Origin: Mobula hypostoma | Lineage: Eukaryota | NCBI RefSeq assembly: GCF_963921235.1 | Contig: NC_086097.1 | Coordinates: 23,810,001-23,874,000 of the forward strand | Length of the DNA: 64,000 nucleotides | Direction: 5' to 3' | Part shown: positions 12,077 to 24,189 of the stretch, one piece after another | How positions within the stretch are numbered: position 1 is the first letter of the stretch | Layout: every line of letters starts with the position of its first letter | Notes under the pieces: generated by a model | Databases searched by the model: none | Seen by the model: only the letters and a program-made list of their open reading frames with translations | What the model was told of the DNA's origin: nothing | Translations under genes and position numbers: made by a program

Positions 12077-13276
12077 TTGGCTCTTCCCACTTTCTTCATA
12101 CCAATGGCTGTAGCTATGGGTACTCGCATGGGCCCCAGCTATGCCTGCCTCTTTGTTGGTTATCTGGAACAGTCTATACTCCAAACCTATATTGGTACTG
12201 CTCCCCAACTTTTCTTTCACTACATTGACGACTACATTGGTGCTGCTTCCTGCACCCACGCTGAGCTCGTCAATTTCATCGGCTTTGCTTCTAACTACCA
12301 CCCAGCCCTCAAATTCACTTGGTCTATCTCGGACACTTCTGTCCCCTTTCTCGATCTCTCGGTCTCCATTTCTGGAGACAGACTGTCCACTGACATCTTC
12401 TATAAGCCCACTGACTCTCATAACTACCTCGACTATACCTCTTCCCACCCTGCCACATGCAAAAATGCTATTCCTTATTCACAGTTCCTCCGTCTCTGCC
12501 GCATCTGCTCCCAGGATGAGGTTTTCCATTCCAGGACATCTCAAATGTCCTCTTTCTTTAAGGATCGTGGTTTCCCTTCTGCTGTCATCAATAATGCCCT
12601 CACCCGCATCTCCTCCATTTCCCATACTTCGGCCCTCACCCCATCCTCCCGCCACCACAACAGGGACAGAGTTGCCCTTGTCCTCACCTACCACCCCACC
12701 AGCCTCCGGATCCAGCACATTACCTTCCACAACTTCCGCCACCTTCAACAGGACCCCACCACTAAGCACATCTTTCCCTCTCTACCCCTCTCCGCTTTCC
12801 ACAGGGATTGTTCCCTCTGCAACTCCCTGGTCCACACATCCCTCCCCATGGATCTCCCACCCGGCACTTATCCCTGTAAGCGTAAGTGCTACACCTCTCC
12901 CTACACCTCCTCTCTCACCACCATTCAGGGCCCCATACAGTCCTTTCAAGTGAGGCAACACTTCACTTGTGAGTCTGTTGGGGTCATCTATTGCATCCGG
13001 TGCTCCCGGTGCGGCCTCCTCTACATCGGTGAGACCCGATGCAGATTGGGGGACCGCTTCGTTGAGCACCTCCGCTCTATCCGCCAAAACAGACAGGATC
13101 TCCCAGTAGCCACCCACTTCAACTCTGCTTCACATTCCCATTCGGATATGTCCATACATGGCCTCCTCTACTGCCATGATGAGGCCAAACTCATGTTGGA
13201 GGAGCAACACCTCATATACTGTCTGGGTAGTCTCCAGCCCCTTGGCATGAACATTGAATTCTCCAATTTCCAGTAA
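12077..13276 (+). pseudogene. 5'-truncated PLE ORF: RT C-terminal half, thumb, Cys-rich linker and GIY-YIG endonuclease (Neptune-like)
   Basis: AMGTRMGPSYACLFVG, YIDD, FLD, YKPTDSHNYLDYTSSHP, IPYSQFLRL.RICS, PGTYPCKRKC, VIYCIRCSRCGLLYIGET...RFVEH...PVATHFN; frame open for 399 codons. Confidence 0.93.
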
Positions 13277-14120
13277 TCCCATAGTTGGATGCATCAGCAA
13301 GGGAGATGAGGCTGAGTACAGGGCTATGGTAGGAAACTTTGTCACATGGTGTGAGCAGAATTATCTGCAGCTTAATGTGAAAAAGACTAAGGAGCTGGTG
13401 GAAGACCTGAGGAGAGCTAAGGTACCGGTGACCCCTGTTTCCATCCAGGGGGTCAGTGTGGACATGGTAGAGGATTACAAATACCTGAGGATACGAATTG
13501 ACAATAAACTGGACTGGTCAAAGAACACTGAGGCTGTCTACAAGAAGGGCCAGAGCCGTCTCTATTTCCTGAGGAAACTGAGGTCTTTTAACATCTGCCG
13601 GACGATGCTGAGGATGTTCTACAAGTCTGTGGTGGCTAGTGCGATCATGTCTGCTGTTGTGTGCTGGGGCAGCAGGCTGAGGGTGGCAGACACCAACAGA
13701 ACTCATTCGTAAGGACAGTGATGTTGTGGGGATGGAACTGGACTCTCTCACGGTGGTGTCTGAAAAGAGGATGCTGTCCAAGTTGCTTGTCATCTTGGTC
13801 AATGTCTCCCACCCACTACATAATGTACTGGGTGGGCACAGGAGTACATTCAGCCAGAGACTCATTCCACCGAGATGCAGCACTGAGCATCATAGGAAGT
13901 CATTCCTGCCTGTGGCCATCAAACTTTACAACTCCTTACTTGGAGGGTCAGACATCCTGAGCCAATAGGCTGGTCCTGGACTTATTTAATAATTTACTGG
14001 CATAATTTACATATTACTATTTAACTATTTATTGTTCTATTACTATTTATTATTTATGGACCAACTGTAACAAAAACCAATTTCCCCCGGGATTAATAAA
14101 GTATGACTATGACTATGACT
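13277..14120 (+). mobile_element. Rex1/Babar-like LINE, 5'-truncated, inserted at the PLE stop codon
   Basis: ORFs 13254..13712 (WCEQNYLQLNVKKTKEL..D...YKYL.I.IDNKLDW...KKGQSRLYFLRKLRSF) and 13726..13968 (SHPLH...RKSFLPVAIKLYN); AATAAA then (ATGACT)3 tail; TAAT on both sides. Confidence 0.93.
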
Positions 14121-14380
14121 AATTCCCTCCCCCTCCCATCCCGCATCCTAGTTTCACTCTGCCCCCTCCCCCAGCTGCCTATCACCTCCCTCATGGTTCC
14201 GCCTCTTACCCATTGTGTTTTCCCCTATTCCTTCTTCACCTTTCCTGCCTATCCCCTCCCTGCTTCCCCTTCCCCACCCCTTGATCTTTCCCCTTACTGG
14301 TTTTTCACCTGGCACCGACCAGCCTTCTCCTTCCCACCCTCCCCCCACCTTCTTTATAGGGCCTCTGCCCCCTCCCTCTT

Positions 14381-14418
14381 CAGTCCTGACAAAGGGTTCC
14401 GGCCCGAAACGTTGACTG
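14381..14418 (+). ncRNA. Minimal hammerhead motif, G8-to-A mutated
   Basis: CAGUC CUGACAA A GGGU UCCG GCCC GAA ACGU U GACUG; palindromic ACGU retained. Confidence 0.7.
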
Positions 14419-15449
14419 TTCGTTTCCACGGATGCTGCCCGACCTGCTGAGTTCCTCCAGCGTGTTGTGCGTGTTGCTTTGACCCCAGCATCTGCAGAGT
14501 ATTTTGTGTCTGCTGCTTGTACTGTTCTGCAGAACATTGTGGGCATAATACATTGGCACCGGAATGCGTGGCGACACTTGCGGGCTGCCCCCAGCACATC
14601 CTTGGATGTGTTAGTTGTGAACACAGATGACACATTTCACTGTTTGTTTTGACGTGTGTGGGAGAAATAAATGTGAACCTGAATCTGAAACAATGGTACT
14701 ACTCAAGCAATCAACTCAGTAAATCTTCTCAGTACCAGCATCAGATTTATGACAATCCATGAACCCATGAACAAAACTTGACTATTTTGCTCCCTCGCAG
14801 TATGTTATTTATGCTTCTTATTAAAACTTACTGTATTTTTTAATATTTTGCACAGTACTGCTGCTGCAAAACAACAAATTTAATGACATATGTCCGTGAT
14901 AATAAAGCTGATTTAGATTCTGATATATTTTCTTAAATAAGCAGGCCTAAACATAGCAGTTCCCAGTAGGTTTAAAATTATCATGTTGCTTTGCTCCTCT
15001 ACACTTCCTTCCCCTTATCTCTCAGGATGTTCGCAAGATGAGGGTTCATGACCAACCTTTAGCCTTGCATAGCTCCTCATAGAGATGCTGGTATCAATCA
15101 GGAAATCATTTTGTGCTGTAAGGTACCTGTTAGGTAATATTATTGTTCATTATCAAGAACTAAACACGGGATGAAATCTTCAGCGCATTATCTGAAATGT
15201 TATTTTAAAGCATGCCCACTAGATGTCACCTCTTAGTGATATAAATGAATGTCTGTTCGGAAATGATATGAACAATAGAAACAAACAAAATAGGAGCAGA
15301 TATGGGTCACGTGGCCCCTCGGATTTGTTCTGGTCTTCAAGATGACCATCGTCATTCTGGTTATTGTCATAGGTGGGTTGATACAGTGCAGAAATAGGTC
15401 CAAGCCAACTATTAGCCATGCAGTCACACTATTTCCATTTTATTTTTAT

Positions 15450-15728
15450 TCACTTATTTAGCAATGCAACTCAGAGTAAGCCCTTTGAGCCATGTTGCTC
15501 CAGCAAACCCCCTACAAACCTAATCACAGGACAACTTACAATGACCAGTAACCTGCCCGGTACATCATTAGACTGTGGGATGAAACTGATAGACCCGCGG
15601 AAAATACATGCATTCCACAGGGAGGACATACTGACTTCTTATAGACGGCGCCAGAATTGAACTCAAAACCCCAGAACACCTTTGAGCTGTAAAAGTATCA
15701 CGTGAACCGCAATGCTACTGTGGTGCCC
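15450..15728 (-). mobile_element. V-SINE-like element
   Basis: gactgtgggatgaaactg...acccgcggaaaatacatgcattccacagggagg is the antisense V-domain; related copy at 19450-19670. Confidence 0.7.
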
Positions 15729-16069
15729 TCTTATTCTCCCCACAGTCCTTTCAACCTCTCCCTGATTCTACCACTCACCTACACTCCAGGGACAATTTAC
15801 ATTCAGGGACCAAGGATCAAATTTATTCACCATATACATTTACATTTGCTGTGGCGTGCAACAAAATACAACAGCATTCAACAATTATAAAAAATAAAGA
15901 ATTACACAAAATAAAGTTAGAGTTTAAAGAATGAATACAAAATAAAATGTACATAAATACATAGATACCAGCAAGAAAACTTCACTCCATCTTAGAAGTT
16001 TCTTTCCCCAGGCAACAAATCTGATTAGCCATTCTAGTTGTCCCCGACCCCCTCTATCTATTAAACCAT

Positions 16070-17390
16070 GATTGTAACAGGATTGGTCCGAGGCAGCATG
16101 GATTTAAGAAGGGGAAATCGTGCTTGACTAATCTTCTGGAATTTTTTGAGGATGTAACTATGAAAATGGACAAGAGAGAGCCAGTGGATGTAGTGTACCT
16201 GGACTTTCAGAAAGCCTTTGATAAAGTCCCACATAGGAGATTAGTGGGCAAAATTAAGGCACATGGTTTTGGGGGCAGAGTACTGACATGGATTGAAAAT
16301 TGGCTGGCTGACAGGAAACAAAGGGTAGCGATTAACAGGTCCCTTTTGGAATGGCAGGCGGTGACCAGTGAGGTACCGCAGGGTTCAGTGCTGGGACCGC
16401 AGCTGTTTACAATATATGTTATTGATTTAGATGAGGGAATTAAAAGTAACATTAGCAAATTTGCTGATGACACAAAGCTGGGTGGCAGTGTGAAATGTGA
16501 GATGGATGTTATGAGAACGCAGGGTGACTTGGACAGGTTGGGTGAGTGGGCAGATGCATGGCAGATGCAGTTTAATGTGGATAAATGTGAGGTTATCCAC
16601 TTTGGTGGTAAGAATGGGAAGGCAGATTATTATCTAAATGGAGTCAAGTTAGGAAAAGGGGAAGTACAATGAGATCTAGGTGTTCTTGTACATCAGTCAC
16701 TGAAAGCAAGCATGCAAGTACAGCAGGCAGTGAAGAAAGCTAATGGCACGCTGGCCTTCATAACAAGGGGAATTGAGTATAAGAGCAAAGAGGTCCTTCT
16801 GCAGTTGTACAGGGCCCTGGTGAGACCACACCTGGAGTACTGTGTGCAGTTTTGGTCTCCAAATTTGAGGAAGGACATTCTTGCTATTGAGGGAGTGCAG
16901 CGTAGGTTCACGAGGTTAATTCCCGGGATGGCGGGACTGTCATATGTTGAAAGATTGGAGCAACTGGGCTTGTATACTCTGGAATTTAGAAGGCTGAGAG
17001 GGGATCTTATTGAAACATTTAAGATTATCAAGGGATTGGACACGCTGGAGGCAGGAATCATGTTCCCGCTGATGGGTGAGTCCAGAACCAGAGGCCACAG
17101 TTTAAAAATAAGGGATAGGCCATTTAGAACGGAGTTGAGGAAAAACTTTTTCACGCAGAGAGTGGTGGATATATGGAATGCTCTGCCCCAGAAGGCTGTG
17201 GAGGCCAAGTCTCTGGATGCTTTCAAGAAAGAGATGGATAGAGCTCTTAAAGATAGCGGAATCAAAGGTTATGGGGATAAGGCAAGAACTGGATACTGAT
17301 TGTGGATGACCAGCCATGATCACAGTGAATGGCGGTGCTGGCTTGAAGGGCTGAATGGCCTACTCCTGCACCTATTGTCTATTGTCTATA
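16070..17390 (+). mobile_element. CR1/HER1-like LINE, RT domain to 3' end, relatively young
   Basis: Same-frame ORFs 16124..16672 and 16712..17299 separated by one TGA: SCLTNLLEFF, YLDFQKAFDKVPH, VPQGSVLGPQLF, KFADDTKL, LVRPHLEYCVQFW; (CTATTGT)n tail. Confidence 0.96.
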
Positions 17391-17768
17391 AACATTTTGA
17401 ATCACTTTTTTATAATACTGTTTACATTGTAAATCCATGCAGGTTAACCTGCATGTCTTTGAGGTATGGAAGGAAACTAGGATACTCAAAGGATACCTAT
17501 GTGTTCACAAGAAGAGCATGCAAACTCTTCAGATACTCTTCTTGTGACCATTTGAAGCTTCAATTCCACTTTCCTGTTTTCATCTCCATAACCCTTCATT
17601 TTCCCTTAAATCCAAGAATTGATAGTCCACAAAACAAATTGCCTGAAACATCAACTGTTTATTCCCCTCCATAGTTGCTGCCTGATCTACTGAGTTCCTC
17701 CAGTATCTTGTGTGTGTTGCTTCAGACTTCCAGCATGAGCAGAATCTCTTGTGCTTATGAGTAGAGTT

Positions 17769-18320
17769 AGTCAAGTCAAGTCAAGTCAAGTCAAGTCACA
17801 TTTTATTGTCATTTCAACCATAACTGCTGGTACAGAACATAGTAAAAATGAGACAGCGTTTTCCAGGGCCATGGTACTACATGAAACAATACAGAAACTA
17901 CACTGAACTACGTAAGAAAAAAACACAAAAACTACACTAGACCACAGACCTATCCAGGACTGCATAAAGTGCACAAAACAGTGCAGGCACTACAATAAAT
18001 AATAATAAATAATAAACAAGACAGTCGGCATGGTAGAGGGTATAGTAGGTTGGTTTCAAGCCAGGCTCTGGGTATTGAGGAGCCTGATGGCTTTGGGGAA
18101 GAAATTGTTACATAGTCTGCTCGTGAGAGCCTGAATGCTTTGATGCCTGTTTCCAGATGGCAGGAGGGAGAAGAGTTTATATGAGGGGTGCGTGGGGTCC
18201 TTCATAATGCTGTTTGATTTACGGATGCAGTGTGTGGTGTAAATGTCTGTGATGGCGGGAAGAGAGACCCCGATGATCTTCTCAGCTGACCTCACTATCC
18301 ACTGCATGGTCTTGCGGATA
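17769..18320 (-). mobile_element. Rex1-like LINE 3' fragment with (TTGAC)n tail
   Basis: ORF 18056..18307 IVRSAEKIIGVSLP...KDPTHP...FSLLPSG...NNFFPKAIRLLN; (gtcaa)n at 17769-17798. Confidence 0.9.
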
Positions 18321-19158
18321 CTCTGATGAAGAGTCTTTGACCTGAAACCATAATCTTGCCTCTCTTTCTGAAGGTGCTGCCTGATATACAGAGTGTTTCC
18401 ATCATTCTTCTGTTAAATTTTAGATCTCCAGTGCCGGCTAGCTTTCGAATTTTACCTGCCTCCGTTGGTAGCAGGTCATTAACTCAAGATGCACCCATGA
18501 GATTTGAGGACTTTAGTTCAGCTGAGGCAATGCAATGCAACTGGGGCATCATCAGTTTTGAGCTGAGATGATAAATCGAGGCTCAGTCTGGTCTTTCAGT
18601 ATAGTATGGCACGGTTTTGAAGAGGTGGGGGGCAATTTTATCCTCATTTGCTGTGTTTCTTGTGTTAACACTCCGACTATTGGACAGCAAAACACTTTGG
18701 GACATCTTAAGGGCACGTTATTAATGGAAGGCCTTTCATTGTGCACTGCAAGGATTTCACATGGGTTAGATCATAACAACATGGACATTTATTTGACTAA
18801 GTGATTGAGAGGAGCAGCCTGTCCAAGGTTGTAAAATATGTTTTGTGGTTTATAATTGCCCTGTGGGCACATCAGTGCTTTTAAATCTTTGAAACTCTTG
18901 AACATTTTCTCAGATTAGAGTGTGGAAGGAACACTGAAATAATTATTAGAGTGCTGACTGAGGAGCTTAACTTGCTCTTGCTTTTCTCTGGGGAATGATG
19001 GTGGTTTTTGATACCAGACTTCATATATTTTTGTAAGGCAGCATAGTGGTGAGGTTACTAGACTAGCAATCCAGAGACCTGGATCTGGAGAGCTGAGTTC
19101 ATACTCCTTCACAGGAATTCAGGATCCAGTTAATTAGATAAGGTCCAGAATTAAAAAT

Positions 19159-19427
19159 ATGTGGGCATGTGGCCAAGTGGTTAAGGCATTCGACTAAAGA
19201 TCTGAAGGTCGTGAGTTTGAGCCCCAGCCGAGGCAACGTGTTGTGCCAAGCTGTATGGGTCCTAATGCCCTTCCCTTGGACAACATCGGTGCCATGGAGA
19301 GGGGAAACTTGAAGCATGGGCAACTGCTGGTCTTCCATACAACCTTGCCCAAGCCTGCGCCCTGGAGAGTGAAGACTTTCCAGGCATAGATCCATGGTCT
19401 CGCAAGACTAATGGATGCCTTTACTTT
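19159..19427 (+). mobile_element. tRNA-derived SINE with 12-bp TSD
   Basis: A-box tggccaagtgg, B-box-like gagtttgagccc; agaattaaaaat at 19147-19158 and 19428-19439. Confidence 0.88.
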
Positions 19428-19770
19428 AGAATTAAAAATGTATTTATTTTTATTTACTTATTGAGGGAGAGTGAGGAATAGTCCCTTCAAACTGCTCTGC
19501 CCAGCAACCTACCTACCTATTTAACCTGAGCCTAGGGGACAATTTAAAAGAACCAATTAACCTACCAACCGCTACATCGTTGGACTGTGGAAGGAAACTG
19601 GAGCACCCAGTAGAAACCCACACAGTCATGGAGAGACCATACAAACACCTTACAAGCTAGCAGCAGGAATATTGAAAGCACCTAATCATTATTAAAAACC
19701 CAACTGGTCTACTAATATTCTTATGGAAAGACAAACCATTGCCCGTACTTAAATACAGATAAATAATGGT

Positions 19771-19808
19771 GAGTCCTGATGAAGGGTCTCAGCCTGAAAC
19801 ATTGACAG
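19771..19808 (+). ncRNA. Minimal hammerhead motif at the start of a PLE terminal fragment (19771-19870)
   Basis: GAGUC CUGAUGA A GGGU CUCA GCCU GAA ACAU U GACAG. Confidence 0.65.
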
Positions 19809-19899
19809 TTTGCTCTTCCATAGTTGCTGCCTGGGCTGCTGAGTTCCTCCAGCATTTTGTGTGTGTTGCTATAAATAATGGCGGAAACTCTCAGCAGGT

Positions 19900-21380
19900 C
19901 AAACTCAAAGTACATTTATTATCAAAGTAAGTATACTTTATACAACCTTGAGATTAATCTCCTTTCAGGCAGCTACAAAACAAAGAAACTCAATAGAACC
20001 CATTAAAACAAAAAAAAAGACTGTCAAACACCCAACGAGTAGAGAAAAAAAAAAGAAAAAATGTGCAAACAATAAAAGTGAGCAAATAGCATTCAGAACT
20101 GAAGTTCACACTGTAATTGCTGCAGGCCATATCCACAGTTCGGTGCAGAAATGAGTAAATCTCGCGGAGTAATGAGTTGAAGTTCAGCGCAGAGATGAGA
20201 ATAGCTCACAGAGCAGCTATTTGAACAGGCACGTGCCTCGCCTCCGGCCCCCATACCCTGTCCTTTTCAATAGACAATAGACTATAGACATTGGGTGCAG
20301 GAGTAGGCCATTTGGCCCTTTGAGCCAGAACTGCCATTCACTGTGATCATGGCTGATCATCCACAATCAGTACCCCGTTCTTGCCTTCTCCCCATATCCC
20401 TTGACTCCGCTGTCATTAAGAGCTCTATCTAACTCTTCCTTGAAAGCATCCAGAGAATTGGCCTCCACAGCCTTCTGGGGCAGAGCATCCCACATATCCA
20501 CCACTCACTGGGTTAAAAAGTTTTTCCTCAACTCCTTTCTAAATGGCCTTCCCCTTATTCTCAAATTGTGGCCTCTGGTTCTGGGCTCCCCCATCATTGG
20601 GAACATGTTTCCTGCCTCTAGCGTGTCCAATCCCTTAATAATCTTATATGTTTCAATCAGATCCCCACTCATCCTTCTGAATTCCAGTGTATACAAGCCC
20701 AGTCGCTCCAATCTTTCAACGTATGACAGTCCCGCCATCCCGGGAATTAACCTCGTGAACCTACGCTGCACTACCTCAATAGCAAAAATGTCCTTCCTCA
20801 AATTTGGAGACCAAAACTGTACATCTGCTTTCGATCTGGCCCAGCGCTTAAATCATCCAGACCTTGCTCTCAGACCCGGAACCTGCTGTTTCGATACGCT
20901 CTCGGACCAGTGCCCCACCATCCCAATTCAGCCCGTACCCAATTCTCCAATTCCGCTAGGCTCTTAAATCAATCAAACCTCGGGTCTTTCCTGGCTCTCA
21001 GGCCCGGCAAACTCTCAGGGCCGCCTCCTCAACTCTGCATCACCTCACCTCAGTTCTGCCGAATTGTATTGCCGCCAAGTTCGTTCCAGGAATGGCCAAA
21101 CTTTGGTTCATCCTCGCTCTCCGGTCAGGACCCCACCACCTTGATTCACCTCATACACACCATGCCTCAGCCATCCTGCACCTTTGAGTCTTCAATTCCC
21201 ACTGCAAAAATGCCAGGTCAGACAGCCGGTTCAAAACCCAACACTGACCAGAAAGTTACAGCCTATTGTTTGCAGTGATCATTTACCAGAAAAAGTGCAA
21301 TTAAAGAAGTATTTAGTTTTTTCTTTGTTTTATTTGCCACCAGCAATCAGTCGCTGAGCTTCATCACCACCATCTTACAC
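19900..21380 (-). mobile_element. Non-autonomous Rex1-tailed retroposon, interrupted by a CR1
   Basis: Rex1-type tail (gataataaatgtactttgagtttg), CpG-rich non-coding body, 5' end aagatggtggtg near 21365-21376. Confidence 0.6.
20270..20823 (-). mobile_element. CR1 3' fragment, same subfamily as 16070-17390
   Basis: ORF 20505..20801 is nearly identical to part of 16712..17299; same tail type. Confidence 0.93.
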
Positions 21381-22989
21381 CAGAAGACAAAATTTAAGGA
21401 AAATGAAATGTTATTTCAGATTCAGTTTTATTTATTTATCACATGTACATTGAAACATACAGTGAAATGTGTCATCTGTGTTGACAACAAACACACTCAA
21501 GGATGTGCTAGGGGCAGCCGACCAGTGTTGCCACACATTCTGCACCAACATAGCGTGCTCACAATGTTCAGCAGAACAACACAAGCAACTACAAGAACAA
21601 CAACAAGATGAAACAAGGTGACATTTGCCACCCACAGTCTCTCTCACATACCCAGGCAGTCCCCCAACCCCAGGAAAGTCTGCTTCCAGGCCTCCAGTCC
21701 TTGGGTCCAAATTCTTAGGTTTGTTGACATCAGGCTTCCCACCTCTAGTCCCTGGTCCGGAGTTTCAGATTCAGCCTTTGGGCCGCTACCTCCAGACTGG
21801 CCAACTGCCTTTTGACCTTTGGGCTTTCTACCTCCAGACTCATTCTTCCTACAGGGGAAACTGAAAGAATTAGTTGCAGAGGGAATTAAGGAGAGGATGG
21901 AAGGGACAAACGGAATATTCTGGAGAGAGTGAGGTCTGGGTTGCCAAGGTGATTCCACTGTTTACAGACCGACTGTTTGAAAGATTAGTGAGGGGCTAGA
22001 TATAGATCAGAACCAAACAAAGGGACATGTAATAGTTACGAAATGCAAGTCACAGCTGTTTCTGAGACTAAAGGGAGAATGGTCAAAATACTCAGCAGGT
22101 CAGGCAGTGTCTGTAGAGAAAGGAGAATCGAATCAATATATTCTCATTTTCTTCTCAGGTGTCAGCAATACTCTGACTTGCTTCTTTTGTTGTTGTTTCT
22201 CTTTCCTTCATTAATCTTTTGGACATATTTCCATATATTGTGTATTAGCCTGGCAACTACGGCCTCTTGCTGCCAATCAGAGACATTACCTTTGTCCTTT
22301 CCATCCTTTTCTCACTGGATTTTTCAGGGGATGGCTCATCCCTGGGCTTTCCTTTGCTGGAGAGTTCTGGAGGCAGCATATTAGAAGTATGTAGAGTGCG
22401 TTTGACGTATATAAAGTGGAGATTAAAAAAAATCATTCAAATGATTGTGAAATTGATGTTCAAAAGCAGAAGGGGAATTCAGGTCAGCCATGAATGCACT
22501 GAGTGACAAGGCAGGCTTAAGGGGCCACATGGCCTACTGTCTTGTTATCTTTGTGAGTCCTCTCTGTGGTTTCACATTTCTAACAAAGGATCTTTGAATT
22601 TCAATTCTATCTCTTTTCATCTTTCCACTTGACCTGCTGAGTGATTCTGTTTGCTGCAAGATTTCCAATTTTCAATTGCTATCTTAATCTGGCCAATATG
22701 TGGCTTCTGACCTGATGGTCTCTGAGCTGCCCTATAAAGCCATTCAGTTCAAGGGCAATTATGGATGGACATTAAATTCCGGCTCAGCCAGCTGCAGTGA
22801 TATCTAATGAATTAATAAATACTATAATAAAAAGAAACCCCTCCTCCATGGCATGGGGTGGTGTGGGGGTGTGGGGCTGTGGAGCAGGATGCTGGGAGAG
22901 ACAATGCAAACTCTTGGGTCTGTTCTGTCATTCAACTTGATAATGGCTTGGCCTCTGTCTCCATTTTTCCACCCAATCCCATATTCTCC

Positions 22990-23730
22990 GAATCAGAGTT
23001 AGAATCAGGTTTATCGTCACGGAGATATGTTGTGAAATGTGTTGCTTAGCGGCAGCAGTACAGTGCAAGTCATGTTACAAAAAGAAATATATAGAAGTAT
23101 AAATAAACGGAAAATTCTGGGGAAACTCAGGAGGTCAGGCATCATCTGTGGGGAGGAATGAACAGCTTACGTTTCAGACTGAGACTCTTCATCAGGACTG
23201 GAAAGGAATGTCGAAACGTCGACTGTTCATTCCTCTCCATAGATGCTGCCTGACCTGCTGAGTCCCTCCAGCATTTTGAGTTTGTTCCCTTGGATTTCCA
23301 GAATCTGCTGAGTCCCTTGTGTTTAAAAAATTAATGAGTGGTACAAAAAGAGAGCAAAACTGAGGTGGTGTTCCTGGGTTTACTGTCCACTTAGAAATTT
23401 GATGGCAGAGGGGAAGAAGTTGTTCCTAAAGTGTTGAGTGTGTGTCTTCAGGCTCATACACCCCTTCCTTGATTGTGGTAATGAGAGGAAAGTATGTCCT
23501 TCTGAGGGTCCTTAAGGATGGATGCTGCCTCCTTCATGCATCGCCTTTGGAAGATGTCTTTGATGTTGGGAAGGCTAGTGGCTGTGATGGAACTGAGTTT
23601 ACAACACTCTGCAGATTCTTCCAATCCTGTGCAGGGGCCCCTGCATACCAGCTGGTGATGCAACCAGTTAGAATGCTCTCCATGGAACACCTGAAGATGT
23701 AGGAGTTTGCTGGAGCCTTTGGTGATGTAC
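22990..23730 (-). mobile_element. Rex1-like LINE 3' fragment carrying a nested PLE fold-back
   Basis: YIFRCSMESILTGCITSWYAG..AQDWKNLQSVV and RRCMKEAASILKDP. Confidence 0.85.
23115..23325. mobile_element. PLE-terminus fold-back element with hammerhead motif at 23163-23200 (-)
   Basis: actcaggaggtcaggcatcatctg and atagatgctgcctgacctgctgagt are inverted; minus-strand CAGUC CUGAUGA A GAGU CUCA GUCU GAA ACGU A. Confidence 0.8.
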
Positions 23731-24189
23731 CAGGGATTCTGATTAAAATTCTATCATCTTTCACTGAGGAAGTTTGGTGTCTTTACCAGATCTGGCCGGG
23801 GCCACGAATGTGGTTGAGTGCCTCCTCTGCAGGTCAACTGTCATGAATCAGTCAAGCTAAGACATATTCGTGGGTATGAAAGGTATAGAGGGAAATGGCC
23901 AAATGCAGGCATATGGAACTACACCTTGATCAGCATAGATGAGTGGGGACAAAAGGCTTGTTTCTGTGCTTTATAACTCGATCAGGGTGGAGGGACAGGA
24001 GCTTGAAAATGCACACTCAGCATTTTATTAACAGCTTCTTCCCCTCTACCACCTGATTTCAAAACAGTCAGCAGCACTACCCCACTATTTTGCACCAGTT
24101 ACTTGTGTCTTTTATATTTTTATTGTAATTTTAGCTTTTTTGAGCATTGCACTCTATTGCTGCAACAAAACAACAAATACCACAACATA

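Larger units (their letters stand above)
10860..14509. mobile_element. Penelope-like element, inverted (fold-back) insertion with 14-bp TSD
   Basis: Left arm 10860-~11977 (-) mirrors 12452-13276 plus 14120-14450 (+); ctgctgcttgtact at 10846-10859 and 14510-14523; host SINE-like repeat is split (10725-10859 / 14510-14690). Confidence 0.93.

Noticed and set aside
12077..13276. Autonomous or domesticated RT-endonuclease gene
   Set aside because: The N-terminal RT motifs are missing, the frame breaks near 12070-12110, and there is no evidence of expression.
13254..13712. PLE-Rex1 fusion protein
   Set aside because: The Rex frame differs from the PLE frame and the PLE stop codon is intact; the overlap is incidental.
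15294..15461. Frame resembling a transmembrane exon (WVTWPLGFVLVFKMTIVILVIVIGGLIQCRNRSK)
   Set aside because: The upstream AG lacks a polypyrimidine tract, there is no clear donor and no partner exons; likely chance.
16693..17265. 190-aa antisense ORF (and similar ones at 20401, 27249 and 11737)
   Set aside because: Shadow frames of LINE or PLE coding sequence.
19160..19235. tRNA gene (also 56690-56764 on the minus strand)
   Set aside because: No complete cloverleaf; each continues into a SINE body bounded by TSDs.
20823..21270. CpG-island promoter of a host gene
   Set aside because: Lies inside a probable non-autonomous retroposon; CpG retention is better explained by element age.
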